Positions 27,660-40,400 of a DNA stretch of 64,000 nucleotides are shown here, one piece after another (within the stretch, counting starts at the first letter, position 1; every line of letters begins with the position of its first letter). A program made the translations under genes and the position numbers. The DNA comes from Eimeria praecox. Its lineage: Eukaryota. A model generated the notes under the pieces. It did not search any database. It was given only the letters and a program-made list of their open reading frames with translations, and was not told the origin of the DNA. The stretch covers positions 248,001 through 312,000 of the forward strand of contig OY986948.1 of NCBI GenBank assembly GCA_963920595.1, written 5' to 3'.

Positions 27660-28290
27660 TTGTCTCGCGAACACTCCAAGCGCGTGGTGTTGTTGGCTGT
27701 ATAAGGTAATCTTAAGAGGCTTGTTCCCTTCGCGATACATAAGCATGCAGACCGAACACTTGCATATGAGGGCTTTTGGTGGGCTGTGGCTTTGTTGTTG
27801 CTGTGGCATTCCATTACCTAGCACGACAAGATGACGACTTACTGACTCTGCAGAAAGTGTGTTTCATTGTCTGTATTACACCCCACGAAGAGAAGCCATT
27901 CTTCTGCCCATGGAGGTAGTTGTGTGTTTTTGCAGTGGATGGTGCTATAGGACGACACGGTGTCTCACGCTCGTTGTGTGTCATCCTTTCAAGAGTCCAG
28001 TGCTCACCGCCCATTCTGGGATAGTGGAAGACTATTACTGCGTATTGCAAGCACATTGCGGTGACAACGGCGTTGTCCCTATGTATATGGGCTTGGACAT
28101 TTAGTGAGGCTTGCATCTTAAATCGAATTGCGTGAACCTACTAACAGTGTCATTCCAGACCCCTTCGTCATGTACGGATTGCGTTGTCTGTATGTGCGCT
28201 AGTGCGCGACACATTGGTTGCAATTCGTGCTTATCGTGTTGCTTTGGGGAACCTCCAGTCCTTGTTAAAGTTGCATATCCACGGTTGGGA
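27660..28290 (+). repeat. Near-identical U1/U2 patch (partner ~41925..42552)
   Basis: ORFs 27814/42079 and 27859/42124 are almost identical, offset 14265. Confidence 0.95.
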
Positions 28291-30479
28291 GCGGCTATTG
28301 CGAGCAGGCCCCGTGCCACTAAGCATATCGAAATGACACAAATGCGTACTTGGGGAGCTGCATACCAGCATTATCCAGTTAAGGATTTACCTTTTCTGAC
28401 AAGCTTGTGCGTCATATGTGTAAAATGTATAACCGAAGGGTTGACAGCGGCATGCACGATGCGGTGACCGCCAACTCACGTGCGTGTTGCAGGACTCAGG
28501 TGGGGTCGGTTAACTGCGTGCATGCCTTCGACATGAGGCAGCAGGGCATCGGTAAACACAGCATGCAGGAATACGTTCATTGCCATGTATGCTGGACGGT
28601 ATGCTGATGTAAATTGGAGTTGCTGAACGAGCAGATCGTGTGTTGAGCAGAGGACCCCAAAATGAGCCAAAGGGACTCGTGTCGTCGCGTCAGTATGGAG
28701 GACTGTATACCCGTTTGGGTCCTTCTGTTGGCGTCCGTCTGCCTACAAGGCATGCTCCGAACAATTAAATAATCAATGCCAACAAACGCATTCTGCTGCT
28801 TAGGATGTGAGTGCGCTGGCGGTTTTAGTTGGGGCGTTGCTTACGTGCTGGGCCCTGACTGAAGCACTTCGTTAGGTGATTAGCACTCGCCTAGGCTGAT
28901 TCCCCATTCACCATAAGGCTCCTTGTCATATGTGAACCACGTTGCAGTCAAGGTATTGGCTCGAACTCCATATTGCTAAGGTTTTCCAGTCACATCCCAA
29001 GATGCGCTTAGGACATTTTGGCTAAGCAGCATGAGATGACAGTTGGATGGCACAATATTTATGAACCTCATAGACGGAATGAGTGTACGTTCACTCTCTG
29101 TTGCGTTCTCGATGATACTTGAAGGGGACGGTAACAAGTCTTCCGGTTTTGCAGAATGTGCGTGACATGCTCTGCCCACGTTTACGATCTGACTTCAGAT
29201 GCTACTGGATGGTCCGTGTGTTGTATTAGGCTGGTCGGCGATGGATGCCGTATCGAATCAGACAGGTCAAGCAGAATGCGCAGAGCACGTTAAGCCATCA
29301 AGCCGCGACACTTAGTCTTGGCCTTCTGTTGCGTTCCATAGTGCATTAATCGACCAGCGCAAGGACTGTGCGACGCTTGTACACGTAGGTTCGTTACTAG
29401 GGCAGCTGGACGCTCTGTTGGCATTCCTCACACATGATTCGTGACCCTGTTAGCGTCATACGGAGGCGCGCCGGACAAACAGATACGCATTCAAGCACTG
29501 GCCACAGTGTCTTCGTGCCTATAGACACAGACAATGCTTTGGTATTGGATAGCGACTGTTGTGCATTTTGAACATGCAGAGATGCAAGGTGTTTGCCTAT
29601 GCAAACTGCTCTTGCCTTGCAGAACAGTCCTCACGTAAGTGCACTAGCCAGGCGACTTACTGGCAGAGGTGAGGAGTAAAGTGGACTTTGCGGCGGTGAA
29701 GAGCGCTAATAGTATTTGTCTGCCTGACGGAATATGGACAGCAGTCGCGTTGAGGCAGTGATTCGAAGCCTGGCATTTGTAGCATGGTGTGCATGCATAA
29801 GCGTGGCAGTAGTGCTTCGCGCTAAGGAATATATGTTTGCACTGTTTGCAACTCGTGCGTCCTGCTTCAAACGAGTTAGGACAACTGCGTGCTTGGCGCA
29901 CCCTGTTTTGATGCCATGCAATACCGCGGTCAAAGAAAGCCTTCTTCTGGAGATTCCACTTGCAACTTTTAATGCATCTGCCAAGGGGATTGTTTAACAC
30001 CTTCGAGTTGGTGAAACGTCGAGCACGTTCCCCTGATACCATAGTCCCAGCGAAAAAGGTCAGGATGTGTACTGATCGCCAAGCTCTTTCTCCTCACAAG
30101 CGTGAGTTTCCAGTTTGTGAGTAGCATAATACAAGAGCCAGTGGCCTTGCCGGTAAAATAGTGGTAGCTTGGCGGGTACTTTTATAATGGCTAGAGGATG
30201 CAGCTGTGTGTTCAGGCTGATGCTGCGCGCTCAGCCTCTGCTATGTAAAAGAGTGTTTTGAATTCAGGGTACCTCTGTTGCAGTGAAGCCGAGAAGTAGT
30301 CTCCTTCCCCTCACTGCAGCGCATGCTGAGTTTACAAGCAGCAACTTTAAAGAGACTTTGCCCGCACCCTGCTGGGCGTACTTAGCCCGCGTGCTGCTGA
30401 GATGCTGAGTTGACAACTCAAGGATATTATGTGGGTCTTGGTGGTAAGTATATAGTAAATGCTTACCCGATAGACCATT

Positions 30480-31770
30480 AGGACCATTCGAGCGTAATAG
30501 GGATCATCGCGTTCTATCTTCTCTGTAGGTGGGCTGCTTGCACATCTAGAATCGCACAGACCGCTGCACGCCAATACTGCGCCTGAAAGCAATGCTCATT
30601 GTAGGATTAGAAACGCAGATGTAGACCTATGTTCATATCCGGAAGTAGTCGGTGCTACGATGACCGAGCCTTCGTGGCCTTGGGCGCTCTTCGATACTCT
30701 GAACTCCAGTGCAAACCTTGCACTTGCTTCGCTCTCTTTCGCATTGCCATTGCGTTAGGTTCATGCTCATTGCTTGTGTATACATATGTGCTTCTAAGCT
30801 TACTAACTCGGTAGTTTGCTTCTAAGCTTAGGCGCACAGTGTCCGCCTGAAAAACAAAAGGCGTCAGCTCCAGCAAAGCCAGAGGCCTGTGTGTGGAGTG
30901 TGAAGGGTTGCATAATATGTTTGAAGTCACTTGGCATTTAAATATGTACAACTAGGAGCTTTAACAGGCTTCATACGAGGTATGTAGGACTCTTCACGCG
31001 GTTATTAACGCAGAGCAAAGCAAGCGGAAGCTTGTAGTCTATGCAAGCACCGGACATCATACCTTCTTATTTCTGTACATCGTCATAGAGTGGAGTGCTC
31101 AATGCAAAGTTTTGATTCGTACCATGCTGATGCTGCACAGATCAAGTGAATTCTGGTGGAGGGGCGGCACTTATACATAAAGAGTTATGCTTGGGCGCGC
31201 TGTGAGCTGTGGGTCTTACCGAACTGCTCGAGCCTCCTGGTGGCGTTGCCCGGGATCGCTTCGTCAATGTATCGGTTGCGCTATCTGTAGGCATGTAAGC
31301 AGAAGAAGCATTCGACAGAACCTCGTTTGAGAACCTATTGCGTGCATTCTTCCCGTGTGCTATTTAGCAGCACAGTGAAAGCCATTCTAGGGGGTCTCTA
31401 ATTCAGCACTACATGCTGGGCTCGCCCCCCAAAGCATGGGCTTGCTCCAGGACTGAGATGGGCTGCTTTAATTGCGCAGCTCTCTCCGAGAACTTAGAAC
31501 AAGGTAGGAGTCTCCAGAGTACGCCGAGGTGTTGTCATTTTGAGATATGTTGGAGGATATCAGGTATGATGGTTTGAACGAAAAGCTGGTATGCTATGCA
31601 GAGGTACCCACAGTTTATCTGAAGGGTTTGGCTGGACGTCTGCGTGAAGAGAACAGCATACTATCTTTGGTCTTTTTGTGATCATCCTGCAGCCTATGCG
31701 TCATGCTGCGTACAGTCATATGGGTGTGTGCAACGGCTGCGGGCTGTTCGGCAGGATGTAAGTGCACCAA
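30480..31770 (+). repeat. High-identity U1/U2 patch (partner ~44880..46212; the part from ~30835 also recurs at 46614..47580)
   Basis: Long shared runs, for example ttggcatttaaatatgtacaactaggagctttaacaggcttcatacgaggtatgtaggactcttcacgcgg near 30931, 45328 and 46709. Confidence 0.93.
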
Positions 31771-32352
31771 AAGGGCTCGGTTGGCCGTGTCAGCATGGCA
31801 GAGTGCATGGGTGTTTCGATGCTTTGCTTAACGCCCTGTTACCTATGAGTCGTGCTGCGAACCATCCAGTGCGTGTGTGGATCGGGCTGCTGCTTAGGAT
31901 GTGAGCTCACCGAAGGGGCTTGGCTGTTCGTGCCAGCATCTCGGAGTCTATTCTGGTTTTGGTCGTAGGGGTAGCATCGTGCTGCCTATGCGCCATGCCG
32001 CGAGCAATCAAATGCGTGGGTGCAACGACGTTGGGCTCCTGCTTAGGATGTGAGCACACCAAAAGGGCCCGGCTGGCCTTGTCCGCATCGCGGAGTGTAT
32101 GCGCGCTTTGATTCTTTGGTTAGCACCTACCTACCTGTGCACTATGCTCGGAACAAACAAATGAGTGGTCGCAGCGATTGTGGACTGCTCCTTAGCTCGT
32201 GAGCGCACCAAAAGAACTCAGCTCACTGTGTCGGCATGGCGAGCACTATACCCGTGTGGGTTTTTGTTTAGCATCTGCCTACATACGAAGCATGCTTCGA
32301 ATTATCGAATGAGTGTGTGCAACGACTGCGGTGCTGCGTAGGAAGTGAGTGC
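31660..32352 (+). repeat. Diverged ~148-bp tandem repeat, five units
   Basis: The landmark AGGATGTGAGYGCACC-like motif occurs at 31753, 31896, 32045, 32194 and 32340 (spacings 143, 149, 149, 146). Three-unit versions lie at ~46110-46500 and ~47480-47910. Confidence 0.8.
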
Positions 32353-33903
32353 GGTAGCGTTTGTCATTAGATCATTGCTTAGTAGCTTGACGTGATTGAG
32401 CTACGTGGCTAGCTGCTCAGCACTCGCCGCCTCGGAAACTCGCCTTAAGAATGTTAGTTTCCTGGGAATCGTCTTGCAGGCAGGATATTAGCCCAAGGCC
32501 CATGCATCCCAGATTCCCCACGCAACTCGCAAAATGCGCCTGAGACGTTCTGAGTACACGGCGTAAGATGGCAGTTGAATGGTACAATGCGTATGAGCCT
32601 CACAGACGAGCATAGGCTTACTCTCTCTGTGAGCGCTCCGATGACAGTCGAAGGGTACTGAACAGGTCCTTCGGCTTTGCAGGAAGTGTGTGGCTTATAT
32701 TAGCCATGTTCATTATCTGGTTGCAAATGCCGTTACATGCTTCGCTGTATCCCGCTGGTCTGCGATGAACTCCGCGCCGGAACTAGTCTGTAAGTGGAAG
32801 TAGGACTGTGATTTTGATCATTGCTACTGGCCTGACGATTTATTGTGACGCCGAGCATGCTCATTATAGTCTGCTAAACCTCTTAAGCTGTCATGTTACG
32901 GCACTTACTCTTGGCAATGTGGTGCATTCCATGAGGCATCAGCCGCGCAGAAAACCCATGATGGAACGCCCTCATAAAAGCACAGGCACAAAGGATTATG
33001 AGCATACCTGTGTAGTGGCTTCTTCTTGCAACACGCTGCTTGCTGTGGAAACGAACAGGCTTCTTAGCGGCCACCAGATTGATGGCGATTATCAGGCTGG
33101 TGTGGTATGTCCCCATGCAGCTGCACAGGATAATGCTGCTCAGCGCTGCTGCTGCACCTCAAGCTGCAGCAGCAGCAGCAGGAAGCACGGGGTGTGAGGA
33201 GGATAGGCTCATTGGTCGATACCACAGGAATTATGTGTAGTGCATCCCCATGCTGACATCCAGTTACCGCAGGAATTAAAGGGCTTCTCCCCACTAGGAG
33301 AGGTGGCTTCTTTGGTTCAGGTGAAGAAGCGACGTAGGAGTTGTGAAACGGATCTCTGCGGCAGTGATTGCGTTTCATGAATAGGACGATGCAGCCGATC
33401 ACCTAACTCAAAACGGTCTCATGGAGACTACACAGCGCTTGTGCACCTAAGGGGGACTGTTGGTTTCGCTGCATTCGTGTGCCACGAATGCAGGTGCTTT
33501 TCAAGTGCATCTTCGATAGTAGTAATGCTGGCCCTACGGCGCGTCTTAAGAGTGCATCGCAGCGAGGATGATTCGGCATCGTTGCTGCTAACAGACATGC
33601 ACACAATCAATTTTTCGGTTTCCAACTAGAAACTTCTTGCGGGCAGCGCATCTGAGCTCCCGCAACCATCGTAGTGCTTTGCCTCTCTACGCTACAATGA
33701 ATAAGCCAATATGAGCGTATCCCTCCCGGCAGGTTAGGTGTACCCTTTGTTTCCGGTAAACAGTGCACGCATGCCATTGCACGCATGCCAGTTTGAATCC
33801 TGACACTGCCTCCGTTGGTGCCCGCAGTCAATTACCTCATTAAGTAAGGTTGTCCCCTATTCTCAGCCTGTCGGGGAACAGCTCGGCAATACACGAAGAA
33901 AGT

Positions 33904-36900
33904 TTGACCCTCAGCTAGTGCGTTAGATGCTCCACCGAAGCCAATCAAAGGGGCGAAAAAGTTCTCCTGGCGCGCCGTCCCAGTAAGCATATCTTACTAG
34001 TTCTGCTAAGCATGATGCGGCAGTTTGTGAGTTGTGTAGCAGTCGTCGAATATCGCCCTAAACCCTCAGTGCCATTTGTCGGTGTGCACATAGTGAACGG
34101 CAGGTCCGGCGCAGTGTTCGAAACTTCCTTGGATAGCCTGGCCATATCGGCTTGGCTGTGCTAAGCGTTTGGCTTTGCATGCTTTGTAAGGTGTGAGTCG
34201 ACCAACGCGCCTTGCAGATTGATCTTGACCGCGTTGGTATGTCGCATCGTGATGGTGTGAATGGATTTGTATTGCATAGACGAATCATATACTAGGCGTT
34301 TGGAGGGGCGATGCGAGTATTTTCATGAGCCTGACGGCTGCTGCAGCGGGTGCGTGGGGTGGACAGCACTAAAACGCCGGAGCGGTATAGACTTCTCACT
34401 GTAGTGGAAGGGCTGAATTTAGATCTTGAGTTGTTGGATAATCGCTCCTCTGATGCTTGAGGGCATAGTGAAGGAATGGTCTCGTCTGGTTGATGCAAAT
34501 ACACAGCTTTGCCTTCGCAGATGCTAGGGTCAGTCTTCGGGAAGACGGCACGCTTAGTTTCGTGGCCTTTACGCGAAATACAGTTGCGATTTCCACTCAT
34601 TGAGTTTAAACAGCAAGGGCGTAGTGGATATCATAGGTACTTTGCCTTTCAGGATGTACGAATGAGGCTATAGAGGAGCCAGTGCACGGGCCGGAACGTT
34701 TGGAGGAGGATTCACTGTGTGCTTTCTGTTGAAGGATGTGCAAGTCGGATGACAAAGACGTGAGCATGGGAACGGGCTGGTCTTGAGGTGCTTGAAGTGG
34801 ATCATGCGCTGTTTTCGCCTGGTGGCGCACGCGTGAAATAGTCAATCAACACATTCTTTTCGACCTAGGGACGCGGACATGTGTAGGGTCAAGCGTCTAA
34901 GACATGGAGCTCTGCAAGCAATTGCTCCTACCTTTGTTTTTATGTTGTATAGTTTTCTCTTACATTAACCGGGAGCCATTACCATCCATGGACAGAAAGT
35001 TCGTTAAATCTGCTGTTAATCTCTCAAGTTGACGCTTATGGTTGTCATGGTGCGGCAGTGAGGCTTGATTGCGCCACCCAACAGTGCTGCAAAGCCGTTT
35101 TGGTGTAGACATCTGCAGAGCGTAGTTGCAGCATTTGCGGCACTTAAGGGAAAGCAATGGTTATATAGTATGGCCTAAGCTGAAAGGATGCGATCATTCG
35201 TGTCCGTAATTCATTTTGCTGAGCGTTTGCCAAATTGCGCTTCAGACGTGGCCCCATTAACGCTCATGAAGGCATTGGTCGTTCCTGTGCATTCGTATAT
35301 CTAAGCAATGCTGAATGAGAGCATGGATAGAAATCACTTGGGGATATTTATGTCGGATAATTGGTTGAGGATGCGCGCGAAGTGGTTTGGGCTAAGGGTA
35401 GCTATCGCGCAATGTAACGTGATACCAGGCAATCTGTAAGCATTTGGCAAATCCACAGTCTTCAAATGGCCTGTATCAAAGTATTACAAGGTTTAACACA
35501 TCAACGGAAACCTTATTCAGTCAGTGCGTCAGCTGTGTAGCAGATGCTCCTTGAAGAGAACTTGCGTCTAGATTATAGGCGCGGTGCTCAAGCGGGTGGT
35601 GCAGCTGTGCTTAGCACCGGTGCGTACGGCAGTTTGCTCAGAAGTTCTTGCCTGCACTGTTTATTTTAGATGCCGGCAACTAAACGTGTCCCGCCTATCA
35701 TATCAGACCTGTCTTGTTCTTCAAGTCGGAAGCAGCTTAGCACCTTTTTGCGGTAGCATTGCTTCTTTACTTGATGCCAGCTGCCGCGATTGCTGAGCAG
35801 ATCAAGATTCGTAGCGCTTATGGGTACTGGTATTGGTGTTGTGCATTTGTGTTGTCCTTACACGCACGGGCACGCAAAGGTGTGAAAACTTTGCAAAACC
35901 CGTGCTGCGCGTTTTCTTTTCTTTGTCCTTCTAGCCTCAGTCCAGTCCAGCCTCAAACGATACGCAAACACCATCCCACCCTAGCAACGTCCATGAATGC
36001 CTTCTCCCTTGCCAGATGTCTTCTCTTTGCAAGCGCTACAGGTTGAGGCGGCATATACTGGGAAAAAGTAGGTATAGCTGATCCTGCTGATGCAGCGCAT
36101 GCTGTTGCTTGTCAGATGGAAATTTGGAGACCGAACACTGCATTGAGAAACGTAAAATTGTATTCGAGTACGAATGCTGCGAATGCTGACTCTAGGGGCT
36201 GCGAGGGTGTTTCTGCATCATTGCTGCCAGCAACCTTGCACACAATTCACATTTTGGTATCCGAATAAACCTACGTCTGTGTGGGTGGCTTATCCTCGCG
36301 AAGGGCATATGCGTTGTTGCAGAATTTGTGCGTTTTTCGTGCCTACAGAGTATTGCATAGGTGCCTGCGATTGCGCTTTTCTCGACATGATCGGTTTACA
36401 CTTGTTTCCAACGCAGAGCTCCACTCACGTGGCTTTGACGCCGGACACTGCTTGCTGTAATGCCAACGATCAATTAGCTCATTGACCATTGTTATAACCC
36501 ATACTCGACGTGAAACAGTCCAGCAGTGCTCAAGGATGCATTGACCCTCAGCTAGTGCGTCAGACATGCCATCGAAGCCAATCAAAGGGGCGAATACGCT
36601 CTTCTTGCGCGTTAGCCCAGTAAACATAACTTACTAACCCTGCTAGCAGTAGGCTGCAGCGCTTGCAGCCGGCAGGGCAGTCGTCCAGTACCGCCCTAAA
36701 CCCTCAGTGCCATTTGCCTGTGTGCAGATAGTGGACGGTATGTTCAGCACAGCATTTGACGCACTTTCCGATTGCCTGGTTATATCGGTTCTACATTGTT
36801 CTGCACGTCGCTTTAAAAGGTAAGGTGCGAGTCGAGCAACGCGCCGTGTAGATTGATTTGGACGGCGTGGGTATGTCGCATCGTGACGGTATTAATGGAT

Positions 36901-37455
36901 TTGGATTGCATCGATGAATCATATACTAGGCGTTTGGAGGGGCGATGCGAGTATTTTCATGAGCCTGACGGCTGCTGCAGCGGGTGCGTGGGGTGGACAG
37001 CACTAAAACGCCGGAGCGGTATAGACTTCTCACTGTAGTGGAAGGGCTGAATTTAGATCTTGAGTTGTTGGATAACCTCTCCTCTGATGCTTGAGGGCAT
37101 ATAAATTGGAGTAAATCATGGCCGATATACTCCATATGTGGCGGCATTCTTGAATGACCGAGCACTTTTATCTCGCGCCAAGCAGGGTATGCCTCTTGCC
37201 GGCCGCATCCTTAGGGCGACTGAGGTGTAGTGCCAGGCAATTTAAGGCGGACAGCAGGCATAGTGAAGGAATGGTCTCGTCTGGTTAATGCAAATACACA
37301 GCTTTGCCTTCGCAGATGCTAGGGTCAGTCTTCGGGAAGACGGCACGCTTAGTTTCGTGGCCTTTACGCGAAATACAGTTGCGATTTCCACTCATTGAGT
37401 TTAAACAACAAGGACGTAGTGGATATCATAGGTACTTTGCCTTTCAGGATGTACG
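33904..37455 (+). repeat. Direct-repeat pair X in U2: 33904..34660 and 36541..37455
   Basis: Core 34282-34660 is near-identical to 36916-37455 apart from a 161-bp deletion in the first copy. The left part is more diverged. Confidence 0.93.
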
Positions 37456-40400
37456 CCTTAGGCCCCAGAAGAGTCGTTGCGAACCACGTTATTTACGTAC
37501 GTGTAGAACAACGTGGGTAGGCGTTAATGGAATATGATGTCTCCCACGAGTAAGATATCGTATGATGTGTGGGTGTCTACCCAGACGAAAAATCTGTAGC
37601 CCGCATCGGGGCTGAATATGGCTGGCCATTCGTTAGTGCTACGCACCTCTTTTGGTTTTGACCATGCATGAAACGACGCCATGTGGTGCTAGCACGTGCT
37701 TGCGACAGCCTGTTGTGCTTCCAAGAAGGTGCTCCGCACATAGTAGTCACTCTGGAAGAGCTGCTTGTGACAGCAGGCGCATGCATTTCACGTCATCAAG
37801 ACTAACGCAAGAGGATGCCTAAACTCCGAATCGTGTTAAAGTGGTCAAGTTAATATTGAGATGCCTATTATTTGTTGCACATGTTCGTTAGTGTTTCATC
37901 AGAAACTTCAAGAGCAGCGTTAGTGCTGGCAGTTCGTGAGTTCGTTGGACTATGCACGCTGCCAGTAGACCAGAGGCTGTGCGGATGGCATTGGCGTGCA
38001 GTTGTTGCTGTGGGCAATGACTGACTAGCTCATTGAATGTCGCGCTGCAATTTCCCGCATTCGAAGAGGAGACGATGGTCGGGGCTGGCCAGTTCGGGTA
38101 AAACAGAGCGGGTGATTTGCATGTCCTTTGCTCTTGATACAATTTGTCTCGCGCGGAAGCTTTTGCTACGCACAGCTGTCAATCTGCAAGCAACTACAAG
38201 GTTTGCTGCGTGCGCAGGCAGTATGCGGCATATGCAGTGCTCTCGCAAAGCGCACTACAGTGTAGCTTGTGATGGCCGGAGGTGTTTATGTTCAAGGAGG
38301 GCAGGCCGTAGGATTGCACCCCATTGTGGCAGTTTAAGCAATGCTTAGAACATGGCGCTGGTGACAGCGTTCGTTGCATTTCTTCTGAAGTTTAAACTGC
38401 ACCGTCTGCCAACCCCTCATGACGATTGACGGTTCTGCGAATTGGCCAATCATCGTGCATGATGCATCTGTCAGCGGTTGCTGGCGCGGAGCTATCATGC
38501 GACGTATAGGCGGCACTGTGCCTCAGCGTAGAAGAGCTAGTATGAGCGTTTTGGTGTAATGTGTCATTCTTTGTGAGGCTGCATTGGACATGGGTTGTTA
38601 TGGTTTGGCATGGATTTAATGTGGGTGTAATCGTACTTGGCAAAAACGTTTACGGCATGTTCACCTTCTTCGATCGCTTGTCATATACAGAACTCTGCTG
38701 TAGTTGCGACGCGGCGTGCCCAGGAGCGAAGGCCATCGTAGACCATCATCCGGTTACTTCTGAGCCATTTCTCCACACCTAGCAAGTGGGGTTTGTGAAT
38801 GCCATCTGTTTGCAGAAAGTGTGTGATATGCGCCGCTTGCACACACCTCAAGGGACAGTCATACAGGTTGTCAGCGGGTAGAATGAATTGCGGGGCGTGG
38901 GCGTATAACTCACCTTCTATAGCCTTTTGCTGGCCCATGGTGTTCTGCAGAATTGAAAGTAGCTGCCACATTGCTACATAAGCATACATCACAACTGGTG
39001 GCTTGCTAAAGGCGTTCGGCTCATAATCCGGCGTTGACCATATGCGTGCGCGTGAATTGATCTAACAAGCTGGATGCTTGCTGGTTCTCTGTAGTCGCGT
39101 TCATCATCTAGATGGCACACTCGAATGAGCGGCCTTCTCTCTATGGTGTCTGTTTGGAAAATGCATTGCATTAGTGCAGGCCACCTTCTACATTCACGGG
39201 CACGTATTACTGGGTATGCCGAATTACAATATATTTATGGGCAAGGCATCTCCGTCGGACAGAGTGTCAGTCGTGTGGAATACCTCAGATAAGCAAGCAG
39301 GGCGGGAAGGGTGCTCATAGGGAAATTGCATTTCTGCGTGAATTGGAGAGCGCCATGTGTGTTCAGCACCATCTACAGCCAGAACCTTGTCTGGGTATTT
39401 TAAGGGCTGAAGGTCGTTTACTTGTCTGCTTTAATGAATGTGGATCTTTGTTTCTGCAACCAGATCACGCAGTTCCTCAGTTAATCTTCCGGAGTCATGA
39501 TTCACGAGATGTAGGCCGCACAAGATATGTTGTTGAACTCTGGGGAGCACAATGGTGTGGATGTTCGTGTGTGTGCTGCTCATCCGCGCTCTCACACCAT
39601 AGCACAGAGATAGCTGTGTATCTCAAGATTTTAATGGGGGAAAGGAAGATGATTTCCAAAGCGCTTTGGTAGAGTCACTTTCTGCGGGCAGTCACGCAAT
39701 CTTTGCTGGGTCGGTGACGGGGTTGTATTTTTTCGTGGGGACCAGCTTGTGAGTTGCAGGAGGTCCAGTAGTTCACCGTGCAAACCTGCCCTCCTTGTTG
39801 GTGGCAGGCGGATGAATACTCCTTTGCACCAGTGCTCCGCTGTGGCATGCATTCTGTTCTTAAGATTCGATTCTAAATTGGGCGTACTCCTGTTAAGAGA
39901 GTAAGTGTAGCGCTTTATGCATAACAGCCTCCGTTGGTTGCATGGGATGTTATTCCTTTACCATATTGCTAAGTGTTTTCCACTGATAGCAATATTGCAT
40001 TGTTAAAGCTCATCTTACACTCGATAGCCTTCACTGCACCGGCCTGCAGTTTAATTGCTTGCGCGGATACGGCGTTATCGGCATTGTCCTTCAGGTTCAC
40101 CGTGCGCAAAGGCAAGCGTGAGTGAAATAGAGGCATTGCCAAGTGGATGGTGCAGTGCGACGGCCCCGTGGAGGGGGATTCGTAGTTGCCCGTTATCTTT
40201 ACTAATTATTCATTTCGGCTGGTGGAACAAAACGGGCATAACATACCTGCAGGATGTAGGCAGCCTTCGTCAAGTAGATGGACTCTGTGTGCATGCTTTG
40301 CTCCGTTCATAGCTACTGAGTTTAGACCGCCCTGATGTGCTACCATCCCGCCCGTAGTTGGCAAATGCTGTCGTGCTTCCTCCTAGTGAACTGCTGCATT

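Larger units (their letters stand above)
16436..32950 (+). repeat. Macro-unit U1 of a diverged tandem macrosatellite
   Basis: Colinear landmarks to U2 at an offset of about +14.2-14.4 kb (18800/33000, 19070/33340, 20030/34400, 23545/37820, 25736/40055, 27859/42124, 30600/45000). Colinear landmarks to U3 at about +34.4-36.2 kb (16890/51306, 17150/51800, 18480/54720, 20030/56150, 26160/62250, 27340/63480). Confidence 0.85.

Noticed and set aside
30870..31100. Minus-strand peptides resembling gypsy RT (VQK*EGMMSGACIDYKL) and RNase H (PFTLHTQASGFA)
   Set aside because: The motifs are only about 45 codons apart, far closer than in a real pol, the catalytic Asp position is Gln, and no YxDD motif is seen. 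Probably chance. A GyDB RT/RNaseH profile search would settle it.
31660..32352. CRISPR-like or Cys-rich protein repeat
   Set aside because: The context is eukaryotic, whole monomers are homologous (no unique spacers), and the periods are not multiples of 3.
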